From positions 91 to 64,090 of the forward strand of contig JBDRDI010000021.1 of assembly GCA_043820875.1 (NCBI GenBank): a stretch of 64,000 nucleotides of DNA. Direction: 5' to 3'. Positions 48,409-57,132 of the stretch are shown here, one piece after another. Source of the stretch: a bacterium. Lineage in GTDB: Bacteria > Patescibacteriota > Patescibacteriia > Patescibacteriales > UBA12075. The notes beneath the pieces were generated by a model, which ran no database searches, was not told the DNA's origin, and saw only the letters and a list, made by a program, of their open reading frames with translations. Positions within the stretch are counted from its first letter, which is position 1, and each line of letters opens with the position of its first letter. The position numbers were made by a program, and so were the translations under genes.

Positions 48409-49233
48409 CTATCTTTCACCTGCCGGAAGAATAACCGACACAACAACCATATCTTCAAACTCAGACATCGGCTCAATTACAGCATCTTGCCACATTTCAT
48501 TATTTTCTTTATTTACCGCGGATATTTTTCCAATAATCAAACCGCGCGGAACAAAACTTTCCAATCCGGAAGTAACAACAATGTCGCTCGGATTTATTTC
48601 AGCGCTTTGAGGAATAAACCCCATTTTTATAGTCAAACCAAGATCTCCTTCGGTAATACCGTTTGTTTTTTCCGAACCGAAAATCGCAGCCGCCAATTTA
48701 CATCCGCTATTGCTCGTCAAATAAACTTTGGAAATTTTACCTTTCACTTCCATAATTTTTCCAACGATAACTCCTCGACCAGATACGACTCCCAGCCCCT
48801 CATACAAACCATCATCTGACCCCTTGTCAATTATTATTGTTTCTGTCCGACCCGACAAATCGATTCCGTCTCCTCTGGAGATGACATTACTCATGACATA
48901 TTGATATTGGCTTTGTGATAAAAAATTCAGGTGTTCACGCAAAATTTTGTTTTCATCTTCCAAAATTTTTAATCTGACATTCTCTTCCGTTAAGTCGGCA
49001 ACTTGAACTTCAAACTCTTTTAATTTTTCTTTTAAATTTTCTTCACTTGTTTTTTGACCGAAAGTCGCTCCGATATTTGAGCCCATGGAATAAAATCCGG
49101 AGAATATCGGATTCAAAACATTGGCCGCCATTTTTTCAACGGAAGTCAAAGCGCCAAGCTGGTATAAAAAAATGAGCAGCCCAATAACTGCTATCAAAAT
49201 AAATGTTTTCTGTTTGCCAACTTTTTTAAACAT
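48409..49233 (-). CDS. mreC: rod shape-determining protein MreC
   Basis: N-terminal TM, a coiled-coil, then a beta-rich C-terminal domain. Between mreB and mreD. Confidence 0.8.
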   Translation of the reverse strand: MFKKVGKQKTFILIAVIGLLIFLYQLGALTSVEKMAANVLNPIFSGFYSMGSNIGATFGQKTSEENLKEKLKEFEVQVADLTEENVRLKILEDENKILREHLNFLSQSQYQYVMSNVISRGDGIDLSGRTETIIIDKGSDDGLYEGLGVVSGRGVIVGKIMEVKGKISKVYLTSNSGCKLAAAIFGSEKTNGITEGDLGLTIKMGFIPQSAEINPSDIVVTSGLESFVPRGLIIGKISAVNKENNEMWQDAVIEPMSEFEDMVVVSVILPAGER

Positions 49234-49244
49234 AGGAACGGAGT

Positions 49245-50288
49245 CTAAAGTTCTTCAGCGCGGGGTGACAAAACTCTTTCCAGAAGTTCCGCGTCACTCA
49301 ACAAAATACCCGTGCCTCTTACCACACAAGTTAAAGGATCGTCAGCGACGTGTACTGGTATTTTTGTGGCCTGAGCAATTTCTTTGTCCAACCCGCGAAT
49401 CAATGCTCCTCCACCGGACAACACTATGCCATGTTCATAAATATCCGAGACCAATTCGGGCGGAGTAATTTCCAAAGTGGTTTTAATATTTTCAATTATT
49501 TGTTTTGTAGTCTTACTTATCGCTTCTCTGATTTGACTGTCAGAAATTGCCACGGCTCTTGGAAGTCCATTTATCAAATCCCGACCCTTTACTTCCATTT
49601 CTATCGGCTCTTTCAATGGCGCGGCGGAACCAATTTTCATTTTGATATTTTCAGAGACCTGTTCTCCGATTAATATATTAAATTCTTCCCTGACATATTG
49701 GATAATATTATTGTCCAACTCATTTCCGGCAAGACGCAAAGATTTCCAAGTTACGACTCCGCCCAAAGATATGACAGAAATTTCCGTGGTTCCTCCGCCA
49801 ATATCCACAATCATTGTGGCAGTAGGATCACTTACCGGCAAACGGGCGCCGATAGCGGCGGCCATTGATTCTTCAATTAAATAAACCTGGCGTGCGCCTG
49901 CTGACTTTGCCGCGTCTTCCACGGCTTTTTTTTCAACTTCTGTAATGTCCAGAGGTATCCCAATCACCACGCGCGGACGCGGAATCAAAGTAAAGCTTTC
50001 ACTGTGAACTTTATCAATAAAATATTTAAGCATTTTTTCCGTCACTTCAAAATCGGAAATAACACCGTCAACCAATGGCCTGATAGCTTGAATGTGACCA
50101 GGGGTTTTTCCAACCATTTTTCTCGCCTCTTCGCCCACGGCTAAAATTTCTTCGGTTCGCATATTCACTGCCACCACCGAAGGCTCATTAATAACTATGC
50201 CTTTGTCGCTGGTATAAACCAAGGTATTTTTTGTTCCAAGATCAATGCCGAGGTCTTTACTAAATTTTCCCAAAAATTTATTAAACAT
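49245..50288 (-). CDS. mreB: rod shape-determining protein MreB (actin homolog)
   Basis: DLGIDLGTKNTLVY and VVAVNMRTEEILAVGEEA, the actin-fold phosphate motifs. 347 aa. Confidence 0.95.
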   Translation of the reverse strand: MFNKFLGKFSKDLGIDLGTKNTLVYTSDKGIVINEPSVVAVNMRTEEILAVGEEARKMVGKTPGHIQAIRPLVDGVISDFEVTEKMLKYFIDKVHSESFTLIPRPRVVIGIPLDITEVEKKAVEDAAKSAGARQVYLIEESMAAAIGARLPVSDPTATMIVDIGGGTTEISVISLGGVVTWKSLRLAGNELDNNIIQYVREEFNILIGEQVSENIKMKIGSAAPLKEPIEMEVKGRDLINGLPRAVAISDSQIREAISKTTKQIIENIKTTLEITPPELVSDIYEHGIVLSGGGALIRGLDKEIAQATKIPVHVADDPLTCVVRGTGILLSDAELLERVLSPRAEEL

Positions 50289-50309
50289 AACTACGAAGTC
50301 GACTGATAT

Positions 50310-51539
50310 TTATTTGATTTTTTTGACTATATCTTTGAATTTAATTAATTCACATTCATTGCTGTTTCGCTTTTTTATTTCTACGGCGTTTTCTTTTATT
50401 GTTTTTTCGCTTACCACCACTCTCCACGGGCATCCAATTAAATCGGCATCAGCGAATTTTTGTCCAGCTGAAATATCGTCACGGTCGTCGTATAAAACTT
50501 CTACACCGTTATTTAACAACTCTTGATACATTTTTTCCGCTTCGTCATTCTGTTTAATAGAAATTAAATTTATCTTAAACGGCGCGACATTTTCCGGCCA
50601 AACAACTCCCCTTTCATCATTATTTATCTCTACGATTGTCCCTATTAATCTTTGCAAGCCAATGCCGAAACAACCCATAATCACATTTTTCTTCTCGCCG
50701 TTTTTATCCAAATATTTCAGATCAAACGGTTCTGAAAATTTTGCGCCCAATTTGAAAATATTTCCGACTTCTACGGCTTTTTCCTCACGCAATTTATTAC
50801 TCCCACATTCTGGGCATTTATTTTCTTGGTCTTTTATAATTTCTTTATTGATTGCTATTTGGCATTTGTCGCAAATATAAATCAAATCTTCACCTGCCTT
50901 AGTCAGGGTTTGAAATTCGTGCGAATATTTTGCGAAGCTTCCGCCGGAGGCATATGTTAAATATGTAATATCACCAATACCGCAACGATTAAAAATATTT
51001 TTATAAGCGGTAATAATTTTTTCATAATAACTATCCAAATCTTCCTGACTGGCATGAAAAGAATAAAAATCTTTCATCACAAATTCACGACCACGCATTA
51101 ATCCTGACTTGGCGCGCTTCTCGTTTCTGAATTTATTTTGAAACTGATAAACATATTTCGGCAAATCTTTATAGGAAGAAATAAATCTTTTGGCCAAAGG
51201 AGTGATTATTTCTTCATGAGTCGGTCCGATTGCAAATTCTTTATCATCAACTTTCAACTGAAAAAGATCATCCATGCCTGTCCATCGTCCGGTTTTTTCC
51301 CAATTTTCTTTGGGATGTAAACTGGGTAAAAATAATTCTTGTCCGCCAACCGCGTTCATTTCTTCCCTGATAATCTGTTCAACTTTTTTGTACACCTTAA
51401 ATCCAAGTGGCAACAATGTATAAACGCCAGCCATTACTTTATCCACAAATCCGCCCTGAATCAAAAGTTTTGCGTTTAAACTAACTTCGTCTTTCGGAAT
51501 CTGCTTGATTGTTTTTGTGAAATTTTGAGATTGCCGCAT
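50310..51539 (-). CDS. proS: prolyl-tRNA synthetase, short form lacking the editing insertion, with an inserted CxxC...CxxC zinc ribbon
   Basis: MRQSQNFTKT..P..EVSLNAKLLIQGGFV...GVYTLLPLG N-terminus, class II motifs, and the ICDKCQ...KCPECGS insert. 409 aa. Confidence 0.8.
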   Translation of the reverse strand: MRQSQNFTKTIKQIPKDEVSLNAKLLIQGGFVDKVMAGVYTLLPLGFKVYKKVEQIIREEMNAVGGQELFLPSLHPKENWEKTGRWTGMDDLFQLKVDDKEFAIGPTHEEIITPLAKRFISSYKDLPKYVYQFQNKFRNEKRAKSGLMRGREFVMKDFYSFHASQEDLDSYYEKIITAYKNIFNRCGIGDITYLTYASGGSFAKYSHEFQTLTKAGEDLIYICDKCQIAINKEIIKDQENKCPECGSNKLREEKAVEVGNIFKLGAKFSEPFDLKYLDKNGEKKNVIMGCFGIGLQRLIGTIVEINNDERGVVWPENVAPFKINLISIKQNDEAEKMYQELLNNGVEVLYDDRDDISAGQKFADADLIGCPWRVVVSEKTIKENAVEIKKRNSNECELIKFKDIVKKIK

Positions 51540-51663
51540 ACGTGCTATTTTTTTATTTATTTATATTATTATATTACATTAAAATATGAGAGTTTGTCAA
51601 AATACATAAAATATAAAAGAGGGAAAAATATTTTTCCCTCTTCATGCATTAACGGAAAATAAT

Positions 51664-52686
51664 CTATATTCTGCTCAATTTGTTGCAAACCGCCAGAATC
51701 GGACTGGCCAAAAAAATTGATGAATATGCTCCAAAAAAGACGCCGATTATCAGTGCCAGTACAAAACTTCTAATTGACTCTCCTCCAAAAATAAAAATAG
51801 AAAGCAAGCAAATCAACGTGGTCATAGAAGTATTGATTGATCGCCTAATTATTTGGTTAACACTAGTGTTGACTGTCTCTTCAAAACTGTCATCGCTTTT
51901 TGGCAAATTCTCTCTAATACGGTCAAACACAACGATTGTATCCATAACCGAATATCCTAGAACAGTCAAAATCGCGGCTACAAAAGGAGTGTTGATTTCT
52001 ATATTTAAAAATCTTCCAAGTACAGCAAAAATACCGATTGTTATCGTAACATCGTGGACCAAGGCGATAATAGCCGCCAAACCGTATTTCCAAGAAGCCA
52101 CCGGCTTGGAAACTTTTCTGAATGACCAAGCGATGAACAACATAATAAAAATCAAAACTACAATAATCGCGTTTAATGATTTTGTTTTTAATTCTTGGCC
52201 TATCGTCCCGCCAACCGAATCATATCTCAGTTCTTCAACAAGTTTATTTTCGAAATCAGTCTGTATTATTACCGCGGTTGTTGTTCCGCTCCCTGCCACA
52301 ATATCCAAGTCAATATCAACACTTTCAGTTCCTGTCGCGGTTGCTGATTCATCCTCCAAATTTTCTGTATTATTTTTTTGAACCAATTCTTCCAATTTTT
52401 CTAAAGTTTTTTGGTGTTTTTCTTGGCTTGTATTTTGAAAACGCAAAATCACGCCGTCTTCTCCCACTGACTGTACTATCAAGCTACCCAAGTCCAAATC
52501 ACGGACAGCTTCTTCAATATCGCTATTAGCCGGTCTATCCGTATTAAATTTTACTTCCAATAAACTACCTCCGGTAAAATCAATACCAAGTTTTAATCCC
52601 CAAACTAAAATAGCCAAAACGGAAACAGCGACAAGAAAACCGGAAAACGACAACCAGATTTTTCTTTTTTGAATTATATCAAACAT
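51664..52686 (-). CDS. secF: protein translocase subunit SecF
   Basis: LGIDFTGGS start of the periplasmic domain and six TM helices. Downstream of secD. Confidence 0.85.
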   Translation of the reverse strand: MFDIIQKRKIWLSFSGFLVAVSVLAILVWGLKLGIDFTGGSLLEVKFNTDRPANSDIEEAVRDLDLGSLIVQSVGEDGVILRFQNTSQEKHQKTLEKLEELVQKNNTENLEDESATATGTESVDIDLDIVAGSGTTTAVIIQTDFENKLVEELRYDSVGGTIGQELKTKSLNAIIVVLIFIMLFIAWSFRKVSKPVASWKYGLAAIIALVHDVTITIGIFAVLGRFLNIEINTPFVAAILTVLGYSVMDTIVVFDRIRENLPKSDDSFEETVNTSVNQIIRRSINTSMTTLICLLSIFIFGGESIRSFVLALIIGVFFGAYSSIFLASPILAVCNKLSRI

Positions 52687-52709
52687 ACTTATTAATTATT
52701 TTTTACTAA

Positions 52710-54770
52710 TTATTTCTTAATAGAAAAAAGCCACATTCTTTTTTCAAGCCATTTCCCAATAACAACCTTTAATAATATTTTTGTGATTATTATTGCTGAA
52801 AACATGGAAATGGAAACGCCCAGAAACAAAGTGACGGCAAATCCTTTTACTATGCTGGTTGAAAACATATATAAAATAACGCAAGTCAGCAAAGTGGAAA
52901 TATTACCATCGCGAATAGACGGCCAAGCGCGAGAAAAAGAATTTTCCAAAGCTTCATTCAACGGCATTCCGTCTTTTAATTCTTCTTTCAATCTTTCAAA
53001 TATCAAAACATTCGCGTCCACGGCCATACCTATTGATAAAATAAATCCGGCCACTCCCGACAAAGTAAGCGTTACCGGCCAAATTTTGAATATAGCCAAA
53101 ACTAAAACTCCGTAAATAGTCAGAGAAAAAACAGATACAATACCAGGCAACCGATAGAGCAAAACCATAAACAGCGCCACAAACATTATACCGATCGCAC
53201 CGGCGCGCAAACTGGCCAGAAGCGACGCTTTCCCCAAACTCGCGCCGACTGTTTGTTGACTTAATAAATAAATTGGCACAGGCAATGCTCCGGCATTAAG
53301 ATATTTTTTCAATTCCTTGGCTTCATTAACATTAAACTTTCCGGATATTACCGCCTCCCCGCCGCTAATTTTTTCATTTACTGTCGGCATGCTGATTGCG
53401 TTTCCATCCAAAAATATACCGACCACCTTACCAACATTACGCTCTGTGATATTCTCAAACAAATCCGCGCCTTCTTTGTCAAACTTTAAAACAACTTCCG
53501 GCGAACTGTCGTTCGGATTGAATTGGACCTCGGAACCTTCCAAATTTTTTCCGGTAAGCTCGGTTAATTTCCATTCTCTTTGGTCTCCCAATATGTCGCT
53601 CTCGCTTATTGTGGCAAAAAACATATGACTCAAGCGATATTCATCAATATCTCTTTCATCTTCTTTATAAATAATATGATAACCGAATTTTGTTTCCACA
53701 ACATAAGAAATGGTTCCCTTTGTTTGATTATCAAAAACCGTATCGGAAAAAGGTTCAACCATCATTTCTTGCGCAAACCATCCCAGCTCTCCGCCATTTG
53801 ACGCACTTCCCATATCCGTGGAATATTTTTCCGCTAAACTCGCAAAATTTTTCGGAGTAGCCTGATTTTTTATTTCTTTTATTTTTGCGTACGCCTCTTC
53901 TTTGCTGATTGCGTCCTGACATCCTTCAGCGTCTTGATAACAAACCAATATATGGCTTGCTTTTACTTCTTTTTCAACTTTTGTTTCATCAAAAGGATTA
54001 GTTTTTTTTCTTTTATCAGTCAATTTTAATATTTGGTAACCATTGGTTCTTTCTTCTATATCAGTTATGTCTCCCACTTTTAAATTTTTCACGCTTGTCG
54101 TCATTTGAAAACTGTCTTGAGCCGTAATCCAACCAAGGTCACCACCGATTTCTTTGGTTTTTTCGTCATCGCCGTAATCTCTGGCCAAAGAAGCGAAATC
54201 CCCGCCGGAAAGCAATTTGCCCAAAACTTCTTCTGCTTTTTTCTTTTTTTCATTATTATATTCTTCCATTTGTTCCGCTTCCTCGGCAGTAAGCTCGCGC
54301 TCGTTTTCAGCTTGTTCTTTAAATTCCAAAAGAGGAGTTTCACCAATCATTCTGATTGCTTCATTAACATCTTTTATTCCGGCCAATTCCACCACGATTC
54401 GATAATCTCCTCCAGAAGTGCTGGTTTGCACAATCGGTTCGCTGACTCCGTACGCGTTTACTCGGCGCTCTATAACGTCTCTCACGCCCTCCAACGCGCT
54501 TGATCTGTCTGCAGAGTCTATATTCGCCATATCGGCTTGATACACCATGTGACTGCCACCCAACAAATCAAGTCCCAAACGAAATGGAATCTCTTTTGTG
54601 TGTGGAAGCGTAAAATTTATTCTATCGCTGATATAATCCGCTGCCGTATTATATTTTTCTCCAACATCAATAAGAAGTCCGGCAACAACCAAAATAATTA
54701 TAAAAACAAAAGATCTCCAGACACGCCCGCGCTGGCTTGGTTGAAATATTTTTTCTATGATATTGGGCAT
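52710..54770 (-). CDS. secD: protein translocase subunit SecD carrying an inserted tandem parvulin-type PPIase module
   Basis: LGLDLLGGSHMVYQA and the C-terminal 6-TM domain identify SecD. Residues ~150-385 insert two PpiC/parvulin-like domains: ...GGDLGWIT...GYQILKL and ASHILV...GGELGWFAQ...GYHIIYK. Confidence 0.85.
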   Translation of the reverse strand: MPNIIEKIFQPSQRGRVWRSFVFIIILVVAGLLIDVGEKYNTAADYISDRINFTLPHTKEIPFRLGLDLLGGSHMVYQADMANIDSADRSSALEGVRDVIERRVNAYGVSEPIVQTSTSGGDYRIVVELAGIKDVNEAIRMIGETPLLEFKEQAENERELTAEEAEQMEEYNNEKKKKAEEVLGKLLSGGDFASLARDYGDDEKTKEIGGDLGWITAQDSFQMTTSVKNLKVGDITDIEERTNGYQILKLTDKRKKTNPFDETKVEKEVKASHILVCYQDAEGCQDAISKEEAYAKIKEIKNQATPKNFASLAEKYSTDMGSASNGGELGWFAQEMMVEPFSDTVFDNQTKGTISYVVETKFGYHIIYKEDERDIDEYRLSHMFFATISESDILGDQREWKLTELTGKNLEGSEVQFNPNDSSPEVVLKFDKEGADLFENITERNVGKVVGIFLDGNAISMPTVNEKISGGEAVISGKFNVNEAKELKKYLNAGALPVPIYLLSQQTVGASLGKASLLASLRAGAIGIMFVALFMVLLYRLPGIVSVFSLTIYGVLVLAIFKIWPVTLTLSGVAGFILSIGMAVDANVLIFERLKEELKDGMPLNEALENSFSRAWPSIRDGNISTLLTCVILYMFSTSIVKGFAVTLFLGVSISMFSAIIITKILLKVVIGKWLEKRMWLFSIKK

Positions 54771-54871
54771 AAATAAATTAAAAATAAAAATAGCTCACGG
54801 CTAATATAATTATATTAAACCAAAACAAAAAAAGGCGCAATATTGACAAAATGGAAAAAGATGTTTTAATT

Positions 54872-54912
54872 AAAAAAACCGCAAATTCCTCCTTTGTTTG
54901 CGGTTTTGTTTT
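54872..54912 (-). terminator. intrinsic terminator after the DHH gene
   Basis: aaaaccgcaaa-ttcctccttg-tttgcggtttt, followed on the minus strand by a T-run. Confidence 0.6.
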
Positions 54913-54937
54913 GAGATTCTTTTGAAAATTGCGCGAC

Positions 54938-55942
54938 TTACTCGCTATAGAAACGCCTTAACTCCGACGCTAACTTTTCTACAAATTGCGGAAAAGACGC
55001 GGCGTTTACTTTTCCACCCATATTCTTTACGCCGAATCCTCCCTTGCCATCTCTTCCTCCTCCACCCATGTGCTTGCAAAAAGAAACGCTGTCTATCTTG
55101 CTATCCGGATGCTTGAAAAATAACACGTTATTAGTTGGCGGACCAAAAGCGATTATATATCCGTCCGCGCATTCTCCCACGTCTCTTATAAATCCTTCCA
55201 CGGTTTCTTTGCTGTGAAACAACGAGCTCGCATAGCTGACAAGAAAACTAAGGTCAGAGAAAGAAAACCTTCTGACGTTGCGCAGGAGAGAATCAGATTC
55301 CTTTTGGATACTTTCCTTATAGCTTTCAACTAGCCGAGAATAAAAAATTGAACCGAACAATTCTTCTCTGGCCAATTCGCGAACAATCTGCTCCAGGGCT
55401 GATTTCATACCCGGATAGCTGTTTAAAAACGATATGGCATTCTGCAGTTTCTTCCCCTCTTCAAAACATGAATTGCTTGCGCCGGAAATTTCGCAAAGGC
55501 GATCTCCCTCCTCCGGATAATCACTGCACTGAGCGATGTCAGCCAACTTTTCTGCATAGCTGTCATCGCTAAGTGTATTTGATCTATGAATAAGCATGGC
55601 GGCACAGACACCTTTACCCACAGCGTAATTATAGTGAAATTCGTCAAGAGTTATTTGATTATCTATCGTATCTTGATGGTGGTCAATCCACATCACATAG
55701 CAAGGCGAGGAAGAATAAACCCGCCTGATAAATTCGGTCTTCGCAGATAAATCAGCAACAAAAATATTCCTGCCCTTAAGGCTTACCAAAAGATCAAACA
55801 TCTTTTCTTCTTCGCTGTGCGCGATTAATATTATTTTTGTTTTAGCACATTCTTCTTTTCCAATCTTTCGAAGAAGAAGGGCCGCGGAGATTATACCATC
55901 AACATCTTCTGCATGCGAGACGATAATATTGTCGTATTTCAC
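54938..55942 (-). CDS. DHH-family phosphoesterase (NrnA-like)
   Basis: DVDGIISAALL (motif I/II), WIDHHQ (DHH), and the C-terminal DHHA1 Gly-rich HMGGGGRDGKGG. GC content above the window average. Confidence 0.7.
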   Translation of the reverse strand: MKYDNIIVSHAEDVDGIISAALLLRKIGKEECAKTKIILIAHSEEEKMFDLLVSLKGRNIFVADLSAKTEFIRRVYSSSPCYVMWIDHHQDTIDNQITLDEFHYNYAVGKGVCAAMLIHRSNTLSDDSYAEKLADIAQCSDYPEEGDRLCEISGASNSCFEEGKKLQNAISFLNSYPGMKSALEQIVRELAREELFGSIFYSRLVESYKESIQKESDSLLRNVRRFSFSDLSFLVSYASSLFHSKETVEGFIRDVGECADGYIIAFGPPTNNVLFFKHPDSKIDSVSFCKHMGGGGRDGKGGFGVKNMGGKVNAASFPQFVEKLASELRRFYSE

Positions 55943-56000
55943 TTCTCAACCTCCCTTTGGTTGTTTTAAAGTACAGTAATAACTATTAGAATATTTTATA

Positions 56001-56630
56001 TTATATTAAATTTATGGTTTTGTCAAGTATATTTCTCACTTCTCTTGACCTTGTTTTTTTATCGCCTGAGATACGATAATATGGAATATTTAATTCCATC
56101 AAGAGATCGAGAATAACATCATCTATGTCTTTTTGAAATTTTGGATCAGTGGAACGCATGCCGTTGTCTTCAATCGGAAATTCACCGGTTGGCAAATATA
56201 TTACCAAATCATAATTAATATTTTTTTTAATCATTTCTCCGGCCACGCGCAAAAACTCTGGCTCGTGTTGAAATAAGAAATGAGCGTAAGCCAGAATATC
56301 AATCAAACATTTATCCGCCACCCACGGTTGAGGCGTTAAAAGTTCAAGTTCAATTTGTTTTGCAATAATCCACCATTCCGATTCAACGGAAGTTATATCG
56401 TTCACTGGAAATCCTTTTTGCAATGCCTCAATCGGCCCATCCGGCAGATATTTCCAACGAAGATGCTGACCGCTGATTGTTTTTGCCAAAACAGTCTTAT
56501 CTGGATTATTTATTCCGTCCACCAAAACACCGCCCACCCGAGTTGTATATTTCTCTCGCAAATATTTGTGCAACTCCTGCGCTATTGTTGTTTTACCGGT
56601 CCCATGAGAACCGAGGATAACGATTTTCAT
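56001..56630 (-). CDS. P-loop NTPase (AAA_28/NadR-C-like ATPase or kinase)
   Basis: Walker A ILGSHGTGKTT. 209 aa. Confidence 0.5.
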   Translation of the reverse strand: MKIVILGSHGTGKTTIAQELHKYLREKYTTRVGGVLVDGINNPDKTVLAKTISGQHLRWKYLPDGPIEALQKGFPVNDITSVESEWWIIAKQIELELLTPQPWVADKCLIDILAYAHFLFQHEPEFLRVAGEMIKKNINYDLVIYLPTGEFPIEDNGMRSTDPKFQKDIDDVILDLLMELNIPYYRISGDKKTRSREVRNILDKTINLI

Positions 56631-56687
56631 ATTTTTATTTTAAAAAATTATTTCCTACAACATTTTTTATATTTCTTGACCGTCTCG

Positions 56688-57113
56688 TTATTTATAAGCT
56701 TGTTTAACTTGTTCTTTGGTTAAATAAAGATAAGACAGGTCGGGATCGCAATAGTGCCTTCCTTTTTTTATTTTCCCATTTTGCATTTCTAAAATAATCA
56801 CCAACGGGGTTCTATATACTTTTTTCGTCTTCGGATCGGGATAGCTCTCAATCATTTCAATCATAACCACGCCGTCTCCTTCAGCTACGTGCTTTATGTC
56901 GTACTCACGATTTTTAATCAAGTATACTTCCTCTAACTTTTTCCGCAGATTCTTTCTTGTTCTCGGAAATATCTTCCCTTTTTTCGTTCTATACATCCAT
57001 GTCATTGAGTAATCATCTGCAAGTTTTTTTAAAGCCGCTTTAACATTGCCGCTTGTCTCATCCCGCAATATTTCCAAAACGGTCTTTATATTTTTACTTA
57101 ATTTTTTCCGCAT
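56688..57113 (-). CDS. hypothetical protein (possibly NTF2-like fold)
   Basis: 141 aa, no clear motif. Confidence 0.35.
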   Translation of the reverse strand: MRKKLSKNIKTVLEILRDETSGNVKAALKKLADDYSMTWMYRTKKGKIFPRTRKNLRKKLEEVYLIKNREYDIKHVAEGDGVVMIEMIESYPDPKTKKVYRTPLVIILEMQNGKIKKGRHYCDPDLSYLYLTKEQVKQAYK

Positions 57114-57132
57114 AAATTTACTTTATTAAATT

